A DNA stretch of 64,000 nucleotides, from assembly GCA_002104905.1 (NCBI GenBank), contig MCFE01000212.1, forward strand, positions 1 to 64,000, given 5' to 3'. Both the position numbers and the translations under genes were made by a program. This document shows, in pieces, positions 48,883 through 61,922 of this stretch (position 1 is its first letter; each line of letters opens with the position of its first letter). The DNA comes from Basidiobolus meristosporus CBS 931.73. Taxonomy: Eukaryota; Fungi; Basidiobolomycota. Below the pieces are notes generated by a model. It was not told where the DNA came from and did no database searches. It worked only from the letters and a program-made list of their open reading frames with translations.

Positions 48883-51008
48883 TTAAGTGCTTCATCATTC
48901 TTTTTCACAGAAAGCACTGGTGCTCCACAGGTTGACTTGCTGGGATGGATATATTCTTGCTCCAATAAATATTCTTTTTGTCTCTTCATCTCTTCCAACT
49001 TCAATGGACTCATTCTGTAAGGTGTCTTACTTACTGGGGAGCTAACTCCTGTGTCAATGGCCTGATCCACATCTCTGACAAGGGTAGGCTTACAAGCTCA
49101 TTTGAAAGCATATCTGAATATTCCTTCAAAAGTTTCTGGACCTTCAGGGGTGCTAGAGTACAGGAGATCTCCTGTGACACTGCCATAAGGAGCATCTGGC
49201 TACCTTTTCTAAGTGCTCTACAGAATTATGTCTAGCTAAGCTCATTTGTTTCACACAAACCAGAGTTGACCAAGTTGAAATCCAGTCTGGCAGGTAACAG
49301 CTCATAGGTCTTATTGACTGTCAGGATCTGAGTAGCTTGTGTTCTACAGTTGATTGATGGATTACAACTAAATAGCCAGATTTTTCCAAGTACAAGGTCA
49401 AACTTGCAGTTCTCAAATGTAAAGGCCTGTAGGTTTTCTTCATAGTTGTATATCCTGATTCTTACTGGCTGAGTAATATGGTCAATCATGTGAGAGTTCC
49501 CATCTGCTGTTAGCATTGAAGTTGATATGGTGGGTTCTGAGTTGATTCCAGCTTTCAAAGCAAATTGTGCTAACATGTACTCATGCAATGCTCTTGAGTC
49601 AACCATGATTTGGCAGCTTCTCCATTAGTTGCCCCATTCAAATATAGTAGATATCCTGCGCTTGAGGTCATTTGGATACATATTCTTCATTTATATGCAA
49701 GGTGAGTTCTGAGTCTTCTTCAAGTTCATCCTCTATGTTGCTATGCTCAAGGGCTTCAAAATGCTGAGGATTCTTGGTGACTAGTGTTCATTTCTTCTCT
49801 GGGGGCAGTACTTTGCAATATGTCCTTGCTGGTGGCAATTAAAGCAAGGTTCTTTGTTCTTACATTCTTGTGCATAGTGTCCATTTCCATTGGCAGTACT
49901 TCTAATTGTCATCTTCCATAATTATTGTGGCCTCTCTGAGTAGTCATTGTGGGCTTCTCAACTACAAACATAGCTGAGTCATACTCATTGGCAATTTTCA
50001 CAGCTTCTTCAATAGTTTGAGGTGTCTGATAATTCACTTCCATGCAAATTCTTTCCTTCAACCCATCAATATAGTATTCAACTTGACCCATGAAGTTCAT
50101 TTGTTCAATTTGTCCAGGAAGACATCTGTATTCATAGATTTGTTCTAGGACCATTCCACATAGCTCTATTCAGGAAGCCTACAGTCTAAGTAGCAATGAA
50201 GGATCAGGCAGTAATAAAAGCCAGAAGTTTTCTTGGGAGCCTTCCACACAGCTGAAAGCTCAAAACAAGAAAAAAAGAAATGTCAGATTGCTTGAAGATT
50301 TATGGTAAGGAACAGGAAAGCAGAAACCAATGCACCAGTGCAGCATTTATCATTAAGAAAGCATTGTTCTGCACAAGAAGCACTCAGACAAAGTATCAGC
50401 AAAGGACCTGGCAGTGATGAGTAAAATATAAAGGGAAAAAAAGTCTACCCAAGCCAGAGATAGAGGAGTGTAAGAAAACAGCTGCAATTCTTGCCAATTT
50501 GCACCTATACTCCCAAAGAGGCCAAGTTCCAAACAAAAAAGCCAATCTTGACTGGACATTTCAATGTTCAGCCAGCCAAGCCACACTTGAGTGTGGTAGA
50601 AGAGTTTGTAGGAAAGTCAATACGTACCACTGTGTAATACTGTTACAAGTCTTGGTATAAGAGTTGTGGAGGAATAGGGAGTTTAGCTAGTACTGTATTC
50701 ACTAAAACTTGAACTGATTTTTATTGTGGTTCTAGCAGCTCCTTATATACATTTTGCCAGATCAGTTGCTTACTAATTGTATCTCTTAATGTAGGTTGTG
50801 GCTGATGACTCATTTGATTGCATCATCATAACCCAATAAGATCCTAGCTAATATATCTATTTCTGTCTGATAAGGATCTGCTGATTCATTTTCTGACTAA
50901 TGCTACTGATTTCATAGATAATACTGATATACTGATAACCTAAGCATATACTAATTGATTTGACTAAAAGCTGATCTAACTTAAAAATTCAAGTGGCAGA
51001 TGATAACA

Positions 51009-51586
51009 GTACATCGACATTTGAAATGGCCAATTTACTTGGTTAAAAAATCTGGTGCCCTAACAGATTTTCCCCTACTCAAACACAACTAATCTCTGTT
51101 ATGGCTCATTTACCACTCAAATTCCATCTTTTGTGGTCACACCTAATCACTTCTCATGAGATCATTACATCCTCAACTGATCCATTAAACCTTTCCTAGT
51201 GATTAGTTATCTGTGATCTATCCACACATTTAGCAGTTGCCAAGACATCAGCAGATCAACAATACCACTTTCAATAAGCTTATGTGCCTATCAACATGCA
51301 CACTGAATTCAATAAGTCCAGTTTCTTGGTGCTTACTAATTCAGCTTGATCCAAAAGTATATGTATAGCTTCATGAACCTTTTGGTTAAGTGCATATATC
51401 AAGAAAATTGAAATTGTGTCACAACAAAATTAAGAATCTAACAATTCTGTCCTTGCTTCTATTAGACCAGAACCTCTCAGCAAATATATCTGACACACTC
51501 TGACAATTCTAAGGTTCTGTATTCAGTTGTCACTTATGCTCAGTTAAACTGTTGAAGAATTCTGTATCACTTTTTGTTTGGACACA
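51009..51586 (+). repeat. Solo LTR of the gypsy-1 family
   Basis: Reverse complement of 3617-4308 along its length (…GCAGTTGCCAAGACATCAGC…GACAATTCTAAG…GGACA). Confidence 0.75.
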
Positions 51587-52704
51587 AACACTACCTGACT
51601 ATCATCATTTGCAAAGAGAGTGAAGATCACAATGACTAATTAAGTAACAATGGCAAAAAACTTGATGACTATTGCAATGCTTAAAATGTAACTTTGGGGC
51701 AATACTAGGCACAGCAAAAAGTTGCAGCACTTGATGTAGATTGCTACTCAAGAGAACACGCTTGAATATTGCAAGGATATATTGCAAAGATGGACAATGA
51801 GATGCTAGACCTTTCAGCACTGGCTGAGGACCAGGATGTAAAGGGGCTAGTGAATAATATATTGCATAAATCTGTGGGGTTCCTGCCAGGGGCTTTGACT
51901 TGGGAATCTTAGCAGAAATATATCCTGGATGGTGGATATTTATGAGGTTATGTGCTGAGTGTGAGGTTTGAACTAGTGTATGTGTTGGGTAGGTGGATAT
52001 GTATAGATCAGTAAAGCTTGAAGTCAACTTACAACTGAAGATTAAAAGAAAATTTGACAAATTGTACACATAAAGAGTAAAAGCATGGTGCTGGTTAGGA
52101 AGTATGGAGTGTGAAAAGAGGCAATAGCCAATCAACACATACAAGCATTGGAGGTGACTGGATATCTTGGTTCAGAAAGTAAGAGAATTAACAGAGGACC
52201 AATCAAAAGTCACTTATGCAATGTAGTGAAGAGAAATATTGATTCAGTATTTTGTGAAATCCTGTGGTCAAAGATCTTCAACAATCTCTGCTTGGTGTCC
52301 TGACAGACTCACTACCTCCTATGCATGGGACTTTAGCTTTGTTATAGCCTATTGACATGTTTGTCAACATAACTTCCCATAGGGGGAGAGAATGCACGAG
52401 GTCATAGTGCCATTTCAGTAAAGTTGGCAAGCACTAAGCCATTTGCCACCCTACAAAATTAATCAACTACTAGATATACCTAAAATGATAGGTGTTAGTT
52501 GGAGTCAAAGCTCTCCTTTGGGAGCAATGCCTTTGCTTCTCAACAATGTCCCTATACTAGTTATCAAATTATATATGGGGCATTTCATGCTAAGTGTACC
52601 ATTGGAGATAGAAGTAAAATTTCAAAGAATTGGCAAGATATAAGAGAGTATCTGCTACACAAAGTATTTCTTGCAAACTCTAATTAGTAATCATATGCAT
52701 ATGA

Positions 52705-55700
52705 TGTTGAAATATTGGACTATTTGGTATCATTCAGCAGCTAAAAATTTACTTAACAATTCTAGGCTAGTCTTAGTCACTGTAGGACTCATTTACTGCC
52801 TTAACATCGCCACTTTCTCCAGATATATGATCTTATGATTATTCCCCTACAGTCAGGATCAAATTAGCACTATTACCAAACGTTATGTACTAACCCTGAA
52901 ACTGTTACAGAATGCTCCTGAATATTGAGAAACCCTCCCTACTTAGTGTTGCAGCTCTATTACTTCTACAAAGGTATAAATACTGAGCTTCTTTATGAAT
53001 AAACAACAGTTTAACTATTATCACTATTTCTTGATAAGTTCCTTATATCCAAATCACTTCTTAAATTGCAACAGGTTATGAGCCCCAATTGCCTTAATCT
53101 ATTCTAAAGATGACTTCTACCAGCAAACAAAGCAATACCAACATCTTCCCTGTAAAGGAGAGGTTTGAAGGGAAGAACTACAGACTTTGGAAAATCAAGA
53201 TGCAGATCCACCTTGAGGAAAGAAAGCTTTGGAACATAGTAACAGGAAAGGAAGTTGAGCCCAAAGGAACAGCAGAAGATGTGGAGAAGTTTCAAGAGAA
53301 GGAGAGAAAGGCCTTCAATGCAATAGGCATCAATGTGCAAGACTCCTTCATTGGACAAATCCATGCCTCAAATACTGCCAAAGCAGCATGGGAATCCTTA
53401 GAGAAGATCTTTAGAGCAAAGTCAGTATCAAGCAAGCTTTATTTGAAACAAAAGTTCTTCAACATGAGAAAAAAGCCAGAAGATGACATGCTACAACTCA
53501 TTACCAGAATGGAGACACTTGCAGAAGAACTTTACAGTATTAATGCTGGTGTAGATGATGAAGAAAAGATACTCTGTCTGCTTTGCAGCCTACCAGACAA
53601 GTATAAGCCACTCATACTCTCTTTTGAAAGCAGAGAAGACAACTTGACTTTAGACTATGTCAAAGGAAGACTTCTCCATGAAGAACTCAGACATAATGAT
53701 CAAGCAGAGAAAATTGAAGATAATGCTTTATTCAGTTCGGAAAGGCATACAGAAAAGAAGGGAAAGCAACAAAACCAAAGAAAACCTGGCTGCTGTAACT
53801 ACTGTAAGAAGCCAGGACACTGGGCAAGAGAATGCAAGAAGAAACAAGCAGATGAAAAACAGAAACTAGAGCAGGCAAACCATATAACCACTGATGAACA
53901 GCTATTTGTCACTGTACAAGAGAGTGCAAGTAACCAAAGTAATGAATGGTATATTGACTCTGGAGCATCACAGCATATTTGTGGTATAAAGGATTGGTTC
54001 AGCAACTTAAAAACTATTCCCGTAAGAAAGATTTATCTGGGAGATAACTCTGCATTGGAAGCTACCGCCAGTGGGTCTATACAACTAAATATGAGTGATA
54101 ACTCAGGGGCAACAACAGCAAAACTGACTGATGTACTCTATGTACCCAGAATAGCTAAGAACCTACTCTCAGTCAGTAAAGCAACTACTCAGGGACTGAA
54201 ATTTGTTTTTACTAAGCTGAGCTGCTCATTATTGAGTGAAAATGGACAAAAATTAGCTTTGGGAATCAGAGATCACAATATATACAAGTTACAATGCAAG
54301 ATCATTGTACCTGAGTATGTCAACATTGCTGAAACTGATGAAACCAACTGGGAGACGTGGCATAGGAGGCTAGGACACATAGGGGAACAGAAAATGAGTC
54401 AATTGGTGAAAAATCAGCTTGTTTTGGGCCTAAAATACTCAATTCCAATCAAATTGAATGTTTGTAAGGGATGTTCATATGGCAAACAAGCTAGGCAACG
54501 TTTCAAGAGCTCAGAAGGCATCAATACCACCAAAATATTGGCTATTGTACACTCAGACATATGTGGCCCCATGAGAACACTGTCCTTTGGAGCCAAGAGA
54601 TACTTTATGACGCTTATTGATCACAAGACAAGATATACATGGGTGTACTTCCTCAAAACAAAGGATGAAGCTTTAGAGATGTTTAAGCACTTCAAGAACG
54701 TGGCAGAAACACAAACTGGGTGTAAATTGAAGGTACTACAAAGTGACAATGGAGGAGAATACTGCTCAAAGGAGTTTGCAAAATACTGCTTGTCTACTGG
54801 TATACCTCAACAGACCACAGTTCCTCATACTCCACAACAAAATGGAGTAGCAGAACGTGCAAATAGAACAATAGTAGAGATGGGAAGATCTATGCTACAT
54901 GATAAGGGAATGGACTACAAGTTTTGGGCTGAATCTGTTGCTACCGCTGTATACATCAAGAGCAGATGCCCAACAACAGCACTACGTGATTCTACACCCT
55001 TTGAAGCATATACAGGCAAAAAACTAGATATCCAGCATCTCAGGATCTTTGGCAGTGATGTTTTTTATCACATCCCTGACAAAAAACGCTCAAAGTTGGA
55101 ACCAAAGAGTAGAAAAGGGATCTTTCTTGGGTATTGTGAAGATACTAAAGGGTATAGAGTGTATGATGGCGATATTCAGAAGCTGATCAAGAGCAGGGAT
55201 GTTGTATTTGAGGAGAATTCAGATCAGAAAGCCACAGAAATCATTGGCCAGCTGCCTGATGATGCAATCAACACAAATGAAGAAGATGCGTACCAAATCC
55301 AGCCAGAGACGGAAGATACTTCTACCAGTTCCAGATCAGAACAGATTATCCCAGTTAGGAGATCTACCAGAATAAGAAATGCCCCTGGATCCTGGTGGCA
55401 GACATCCAATGATCATGAAGAAGCTTATCTTGCCTTATGTGCTGAACCTCAGAATCTGGAACAGGCAATGCACTGTCCAGATGCTACTAAGTGGCAACAA
55501 GCCATGCAGGAGGAGTACCAATCACTGATCAAGGCAAAAACGTGGGAACTGGTAGATTTACCAAATGGGAGAAAGCCAATAGGATGTAGATGAGTCTACA
55601 AGATCAAGATAACCTCAAATGGTGCCGTTGATATGTACAAGGCTAGATTGGTAGCTAAAGGCTATTCCCAGATCCAGGGACTAGACTTTAAGGAAACATT

Positions 55701-57389
55701 TGCTCCGGTTGCCAAGTTTAACTCTATTAGGACAGTTCTAGCCCTGGCAGCTGTACATAGTCTAGATCTACACCAAATGGACGTCAAAACAGCCTTTCTA
55801 AATGGGGATTTGCAAGAAACTATATATATGGAGCAACCAGAAGGTTTTACCGATGCAAAAAGCCCCCATAAGGTGTGCAAACTTAGAAAATTGTTGTATG
55901 GGCTTAAGCAGGCACCCAGAGCATGGTACAACAAGATTGACACATATCTAGAGGAAATTGGGTTCTCTCGTAGCACTGCAGATCACAGTATATATGTGAA
56001 ACAGCTCAAAAAGGGTGTGATCATCCTAGTTGTTTATGTGGATGACCTAATTAAAGCTACAAGTGATCAAGAGGCACTTAAACAGACAAAATCAGATCTC
56101 TACAGCAAGTTTGAGATGAAAGTTCTTGGGAAATTGAGCTGTTTCTTGGAATTGAGGTCAAATTTGACATACCTACGCAGAATATTGTGCTGAATCAGTC
56201 TAAGTACATCAGGGACATTCTTAGTTGCTTCAAAATGGAAAATTGCAAACCTGCAGCAACCCCTATGGACAATAACCTGAAATTAAGCAAATCTCAGCCA
56301 GTTATAGATGAAAACAGCTCAAATATGGACCAAAACTTTCCCTATCAATCAATGGTTGGTAGCCTAATGTACTTGATGGTGTCTACACATCCAGATATTG
56401 CAGTAGCAGTTGGAATAGTCAGTCAATTCATGCAGAATTATGGATCAGATCAAATTGCAGCAGTTAAGCGGATTTTCAGATATCTACAAGGTACCATAAA
56501 TATGGTACTGGAATACTCTGGGGCAGCTAATAGGCAAAAATTTGATGGTTATAGTGATTCAGATTGGGGTAGGGATTTGATTGACAGACGCTCTACCACA
56601 GGCTATGTATTTCTTTATGCTGGTGCAGCTATTACTTGGAATTGCAAGAAACAACCAACTGTGGCACTATCTACAATTGAGGCCGAATATATGGCTGCAT
56701 GTCAAGCAACTAAGGAGGCTATATGGCTACAAAAATTATTCAAAGAATTAGGTTTTAATTCAGGTGAACCAACATGTATTTACAAGGATAATCAAAGTTG
56801 TATTTCATCAGCTAGAAATCCTACTAATCATGCCAGAACTAAGCACATTGATATACAGCATCACTTTGTGAGGGAAGCTGTAGAAAATAACTTAGTGGAG
56901 CTGGTTTACTGCCCAACTGACAAAATGGTGGCAGACATATTGACAAAGCCACTAGCTAGGCCACAGTTTGAGATCCTTAGAGAGAAATTGGGATTACGAA
57001 ACTATTTAGTTGAGGAGGAGTGTTGAAATATTGGACTATTTGGTATCATTCAGCAGCTAAAAATTTACTTAACAATTCTAGGCTAGTCTTAGTCACTGTA
57101 GGGCTCATTTACTGCCTTAACTTTGCCACTTTCTCCAGATATATGATCTTATGATTATTCCCCTATAGTCAGGATCAAATTAGCACTATTACCAAACATT
57201 ATGTACTAACCCTGAAACTGTTACAGAATGCTCCTGAATATTGAGAAACCCTCCCTACTTAGTGTTGCAGCTGTATTACTTTTACAAAGGTATAAATACT
57301 GAGCTTCTTTATGAATAAACAACAGTTTAACTATTATCACTATTTCTTGATAAGTTCCTTATATCCAAATCACTTCTTAAATTGCAACA
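52705..57389 (+). mobile_element. Full-length, young Ty1/copia family B, TSD TATGA
   Basis: 369-bp LTRs 52705-53073 and 57021-57389 with ~7 differences. PBS GGTTATGAGCCC. 827-aa gag-PR-IN ORF 53110-55593 ends in TGA where W is expected (GCR*VYK). RT YVDD, one frameshift at ~56140, RNaseH to 57026. TATGA at 52700-04 and 57390-94. Confidence 0.97.
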
Positions 57390-57639
57390 TATGAAACTCT
57401 ACAAATGCATGGACTGCATGAACTACATATATATTTATTTAAGTGGCTTTCTGAATTCATTATCATGAGTACAGTAGAAATATGGAGAGTCATATGCAGA
57501 AAATGTAGGCGGATTTATCCAAAAGCAGATTATCAATGCCAACTTGACACATATGTAGCTTTTGTGTGTGAAGTTTGCAATGTAATTTGAATGGTCTAGC
57601 TTCAAGCATGAAGCTGCAGTGGTTGATCTCTACCACTTA

Positions 57640-58637
57640 TCCTTAGCGGCACACAGAAAAGAAGGGAAAGCAACAGAACCAAAGTAAATCTGGCTGCTGT
57701 AATTACTGTAAGAAGCCTCAAAACTGGGCAAGAAAATACAAGAGGAGACAGGCAGCCAAGCAATGGAAACTAGAGTAGGCAAACCACATAACAATAGATG
57801 GACAGGTATTTATAATTGTACAAGAGAGTGCAAGTAACCACAGTAGTGAGTAGTATACTGACTTTGGAGCATCAAAGCATATTTGTGGTAAAATGCAGTG
57901 ACGTAGCAACTGGAGGTCTATCCCAGTTGGAAAGGCTCACATTGGAAATGACTTTGCACTGAATGCTACTGCTATTGAGTTTATATAGCTAAATAAGACT
58001 GATACTTCAGGGGCAACAACAGCAAAACTGACTGACCCACTCCATGCACTGGGAATAGCTAAGAACCTACTCCATGTGAGTAATGCAACCACTCAAAGAC
58101 TGGATTTCTGTACACTAACCTGAGATGCCCAATGGCACAATCCAGTTTGTATATTGTTCAATAGAAAATCAATACAAAGCAAGCCACAGTGTATTTCTAA
58201 GAGGAGTTAGAACCCAGCAAGCCAAAGAAGTATGGTAGATTTGGTCCATTGTACCATTCCAGGTCATGCAGCGCAGTCTGCAGGAGATCTACTCACTAAG
58301 AAATGCCCCTTGATTCTGGTGACAGACATTTACTGATTATAAAGAGGCTTATCTTGCCCTATGTGTCAAACTTCAGCGTCTGGAGCAGGCAATGCAAATT
58401 CCAGATGCTACTATGTGGCAACAAGTCATGTAGGAGGAGTACCAATTAGTAATCAAAGCAAAAATGTGCAAACTGGTAGACTTACAAATTGGGAGAAAGC
58501 CAATGGGATGTAAATGGGTCTACAAGATCAAAATAACCTCAAATTGTACCATCAATATGTAGAAGGCTAGATTGGTGGCTAAAGGCTGTTTTCAGATCCA
58601 GGGACTACACTTAAATGAAACATTGGCTCTGGATATG
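57640..58637 (+). mobile_element. Heavily deleted copia family-B internal fragment
   Basis: Co-linear pieces of 53740-54190 and 55340-55710. Confidence 0.8.
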
Positions 58638-59183
58638 CTTTACTGAAGGAGTCAAATGCACTGTGAAGACTGATCATGCCTTGCTCCAATATAATTTTAC
58701 TTGGAAGGTACTCTCTAGAAGAATGACAAGATCAGTGAATACATTAAGCAATTTGATTTGGAGATTGTCTACTGCACTGGAAAAAACAGCAGAGTTGCTG
58801 ACTCCTTATCAAGATTAGTACAAGTTGCATAGCTCTACTTAGTGCATGAATCAGATTAAACTAGCTTGTTACCAAAGTACTTGGTGGACTAAGCTGCTCC
58901 AAAAGAGGTGGATGAAGATATCAAGAAGATAATCCAGGATGAAGCCAGCAACTTTGTAGTACTGGATGAAACACTCTACCAAATTGTTGAAGGAAGCCCT
59001 ATTGCCTATTACCCTTATGTTTTTTGCTTGGATTTAATACATAAGTTACACAATGGATATAGTCATCTTGGAATTGAAGGAACCTATAGTCTTGTGAAAG
59101 CCAGAGCATGGTGGCCCAGAATGGAACATGACATTGAGAAGCTAGTGAAAACATGCCCAAATTGCCAAATCAACCAAGGTTGA
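58635..59183 (+). mobile_element. Gypsy-2 family RNaseH/H2C2 fragment
   Basis: KCTVKTDHA; LHNGYSHLGIEGT…AWWP.M..DI.KLVKTCPNCQ, nearly the same as 46691-46966. Confidence 0.85.
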
Positions 59184-59810
59184 CCACATATTGTATTGGT
59201 GTTTATCAGACTTGTCTTCTTGGATAGTGCCGCATAGCACCAAGCAATTGATTGCACCAGATCAATCTAGCACCTTAATTTTAACCTTTGTCCTGGTGGT
59301 AGGATATAATCAATGCTGTTTATACTCAATCAAGCTGATTCACCTCACAATAGTGCTTTTCTTACTTTACTTACTATCAATAATGCTCCAGACATATTTC
59401 TTACCACAAGGGTCTTCTTGTATGCATATACTGCTCATTAAGAAGTATTCTGACTATTTTACTTACTTTGCTGTTTTTTTCCATGTTTGACTTTGCTCTG
59501 TATTAACTAGCTAATATGCAGTGTCTTCTTACCTATCCAAATATATGCTTGACCCTCACTCTTAGATGATTAGAATCCTGTTGTTGAGCTTTTGCTCCAT
59601 GCTGAGCACACCATTTCTGGGCTTTCTATCAGCTGTAATACATCTTGATCTCTGAAAATCCTCTCCTGTATGAGCTAAGTCAGTCATACATCTCTCCCCT
59701 CTACTAAATTCTGGATGATTCCACTCAGAGTGCTTTGTCATACCCTACTTCCAGCAAATGTCCCACTCAACTAGCTGATGTTACCCTTGATATCAGGCAG
59801 TGCTTGAAAC

Positions 59811-60179
59811 TGTTGCAATTTAAGAAGTGATTTGGATATAAGGAACTTATCAAGAAATAGTGATAATAGTAAAACTGTTGTTTATTCATAAAGAAGCTCA
59901 GTATTTATACCTTTGTAGAAGTAATAGAGCTGCAACACTAAGTAGGGAGGGTTTCTCAATATTCAGGAGCATTCTGTAACAGTTTCAGGGTTAGTACATA
60001 ATGTTTGGTAATAGTGCTAATTTGATCCTGACTATAGGGGAATAATCATAAGATCATATATCTGGAGAAAGTGGCAAAGTTAAGGCAGTAAATGAGCCCT
60101 ACAGTGACTAAGACTAGCCTAGAATTGTTAAGTAAATTTTTAGCTGCTGAATGATACCAAATAGTCCAATATTTCAACA
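59811..60179 (-). repeat. Solo LTR of copia family B, TSD GAAAC
   Basis: 369-bp reverse complement of 57021-57389. GAAAC at 59806-10 and 60180-84. Confidence 0.96.
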
Positions 60180-60249
60180 GAAACTTCACATAGTGTGCGT
60201 TGTATTTGTCAGAATAAAAGTGCCCCTGTCCTCTGGTAGGTCTGTCAAT

Positions 60250-60800
60250 TCTGACTGGGAAGGTATCCAAAATTCTCTTTATTTGCAATCTGTTACTGAA
60301 CACGCTGGGATATGGGAGTCTATTAGTGCTCTCATCCTAGTATTCCAAATTTTCTCTCAGTCAAATATACCCTTTACAAGGTGATTTTCCATTGTTGTCA
60401 GCTGGGAATGAAGATTTCTAGGATTCCTGTTGCCATGAATGGTGGGATGAAAACTTGTAGGGCATTAGTTCTTGTAATAGCAGGGAAGCTTAACAAGGGA
60501 TCTCCTTGAGTAGATTGGGGTTCATGGTCCACAATGCTTGCAATAGATCTCCTCTAATGTGTCAAAAGTAAATCCTGTGCAGTATTGAGCCTAACGAGAA
60601 AAGACCATTCAGAGGAGTAGGTTGTATCAGAATTAATGTATGATTGAGTGGAGGCAATATGAATTGATTTGCCATTACCAGCTTAATTTATCTAAATTTG
60701 ATATATTATGATTCAATCTCCATCAACTGATATGTGTCCTATTATGATGTTGCAAAAATCCTCCTCAAGCAATGACTTGGTGATTGCATTAATGATTTAC
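60250..60800 (-). mobile_element. Possible L1/Tx1-like RT relic
   Basis: QGDPL motif in a stop-riddled minus frame (TQGDPLLSFPAI). Confidence 0.35.
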
Positions 60801-60809
60801 TGACAAGTC

Positions 60810-61920
60810 AATTGTCATATAGGAAATCAGATACATTCAGCAAGGTGGAGATGAAAGATCTTCAAAAATTGAGCTATTTTATTGGAATTAAAGTGAATTT
60901 TGACATGCATATGCAGAAAACTATGCTGAATCAGTCAAAGTACATCAGAGACATTCTTAGCTGCTTCAAAATAGAAAGCTGCAAGCCTGCAGCTACCCCT
61001 ATGGACAATAATTGAAAATTGAACAAGTCTCAGCTAGTTTGGGGTGAAAACTGCTCAAATATGGACCAAAACTTTCCCTATCAATCAATGGATGGTAGGC
61101 TGCTGTGCATCATAGTATCTACATGTCCAGATATTGCAGTGGCAGTTGGAATAGTCAGTCAATTCCTGCAGAATTATGGATCAGATCAGCTTACAGCTGT
61201 TAAGGGGATTTTCAGATATCTACAAGGTACCACATATATGGTACTGGAAACTTAAGAGCTGCTAATAAGCAAAAATTTGATGATTATAGTGATTCAGACT
61301 GTGGTAGAGATCAGATTGACTGATGCTCTATTGATGGGTATGTATTTCTTTATGTTGGTAGAGCTATTACTTGGAATTGCTAGAAACAGCCAACTGTGGC
61401 CCTATTTACAACTGAAGCAGAAAATATGGCTGCATGCCAAGTAACTAACAAGTCTATATGGCAATAGAAATTATTCAAAAACTTAGGACTTAACTCAGAT
61501 GAACCAACATGTATTTGCAAAGATAATCAAAGTTGTATTTTATTAGCTAGGAATTCTGCTAGTCAAGCCAGAACTATACACATAGATATACAATACCACT
61601 TTGTGAGAGAAGCTGTAGAAAATAAAGTAGTAGATTTATTTTACTGCTCAACTGACAAAATAGAGGTAAATATATTGTCCAAATCACTAGCTAGAAGACA
61701 ATTTCAGAATCTCAGAGAGGAATAAAGATTCAGAAGTTATTTAGTTGAGGGGGACTGTTGAAATATTGGACTATATGGTATCATTCAGCAGCTAAAAGCT
61801 TACTTAACAAATCCAGCCTAGTCTTGGTCCCTGTATATCTAATTTGCTGCCCCAACTTTCCCAGCTTCTTGAGATCTATGATCCTGTGATTTTCTGCTAT
61901 AGTGAGGATCAAATTAACAC
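60810..61920 (+). mobile_element. Old copia family-B 3' fragment (RT end, RNaseH, PPT, partial 3' LTR from 61757)
   Basis: Co-linear with 56080-57170, with many stops. GAGGGGGAC precedes TGTTGAAATATTGG. Confidence 0.85.
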
Positions 61921-61922
61921 TT

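Larger units (their letters stand above)
41185..51008 (-). mobile_element. Degenerate Ty3/gypsy element (gypsy-2) carrying nested insertions
   Basis: 5' LTR 50631-51008 followed by a TGGTAC PBS. gag 49909-50154 plus CCHC knuckles ~49800-49900. Protease 49232-49606 (VDSRA). RT 47584-49070 (IYLDD). RNaseH ~47100-47500. H2C2 and integrase 46346-46966. PPT AGGGGAGAA and a truncated 3' LTR starting at 41241, homologous to the 5' LTR start. Confidence 0.85.

Noticed and set aside
55580-55640. TGA in copia B pol as programmed readthrough
   Set aside because: It replaces the conserved Trp of the GC(K/R)WV(Y/F)K motif (TGG>TGA), and a downstream frameshift also exists; simple mutation.
4313-58637. 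Two copia/gypsy junctions both at the copia RT codons ETFAP|V (4313 and ~58637), suggesting site-specific targeting
   Set aside because: The second junction enters mid-RNaseH through a CTGG microhomology, so it is a deletion rather than an integration end; coincidence is adequate.
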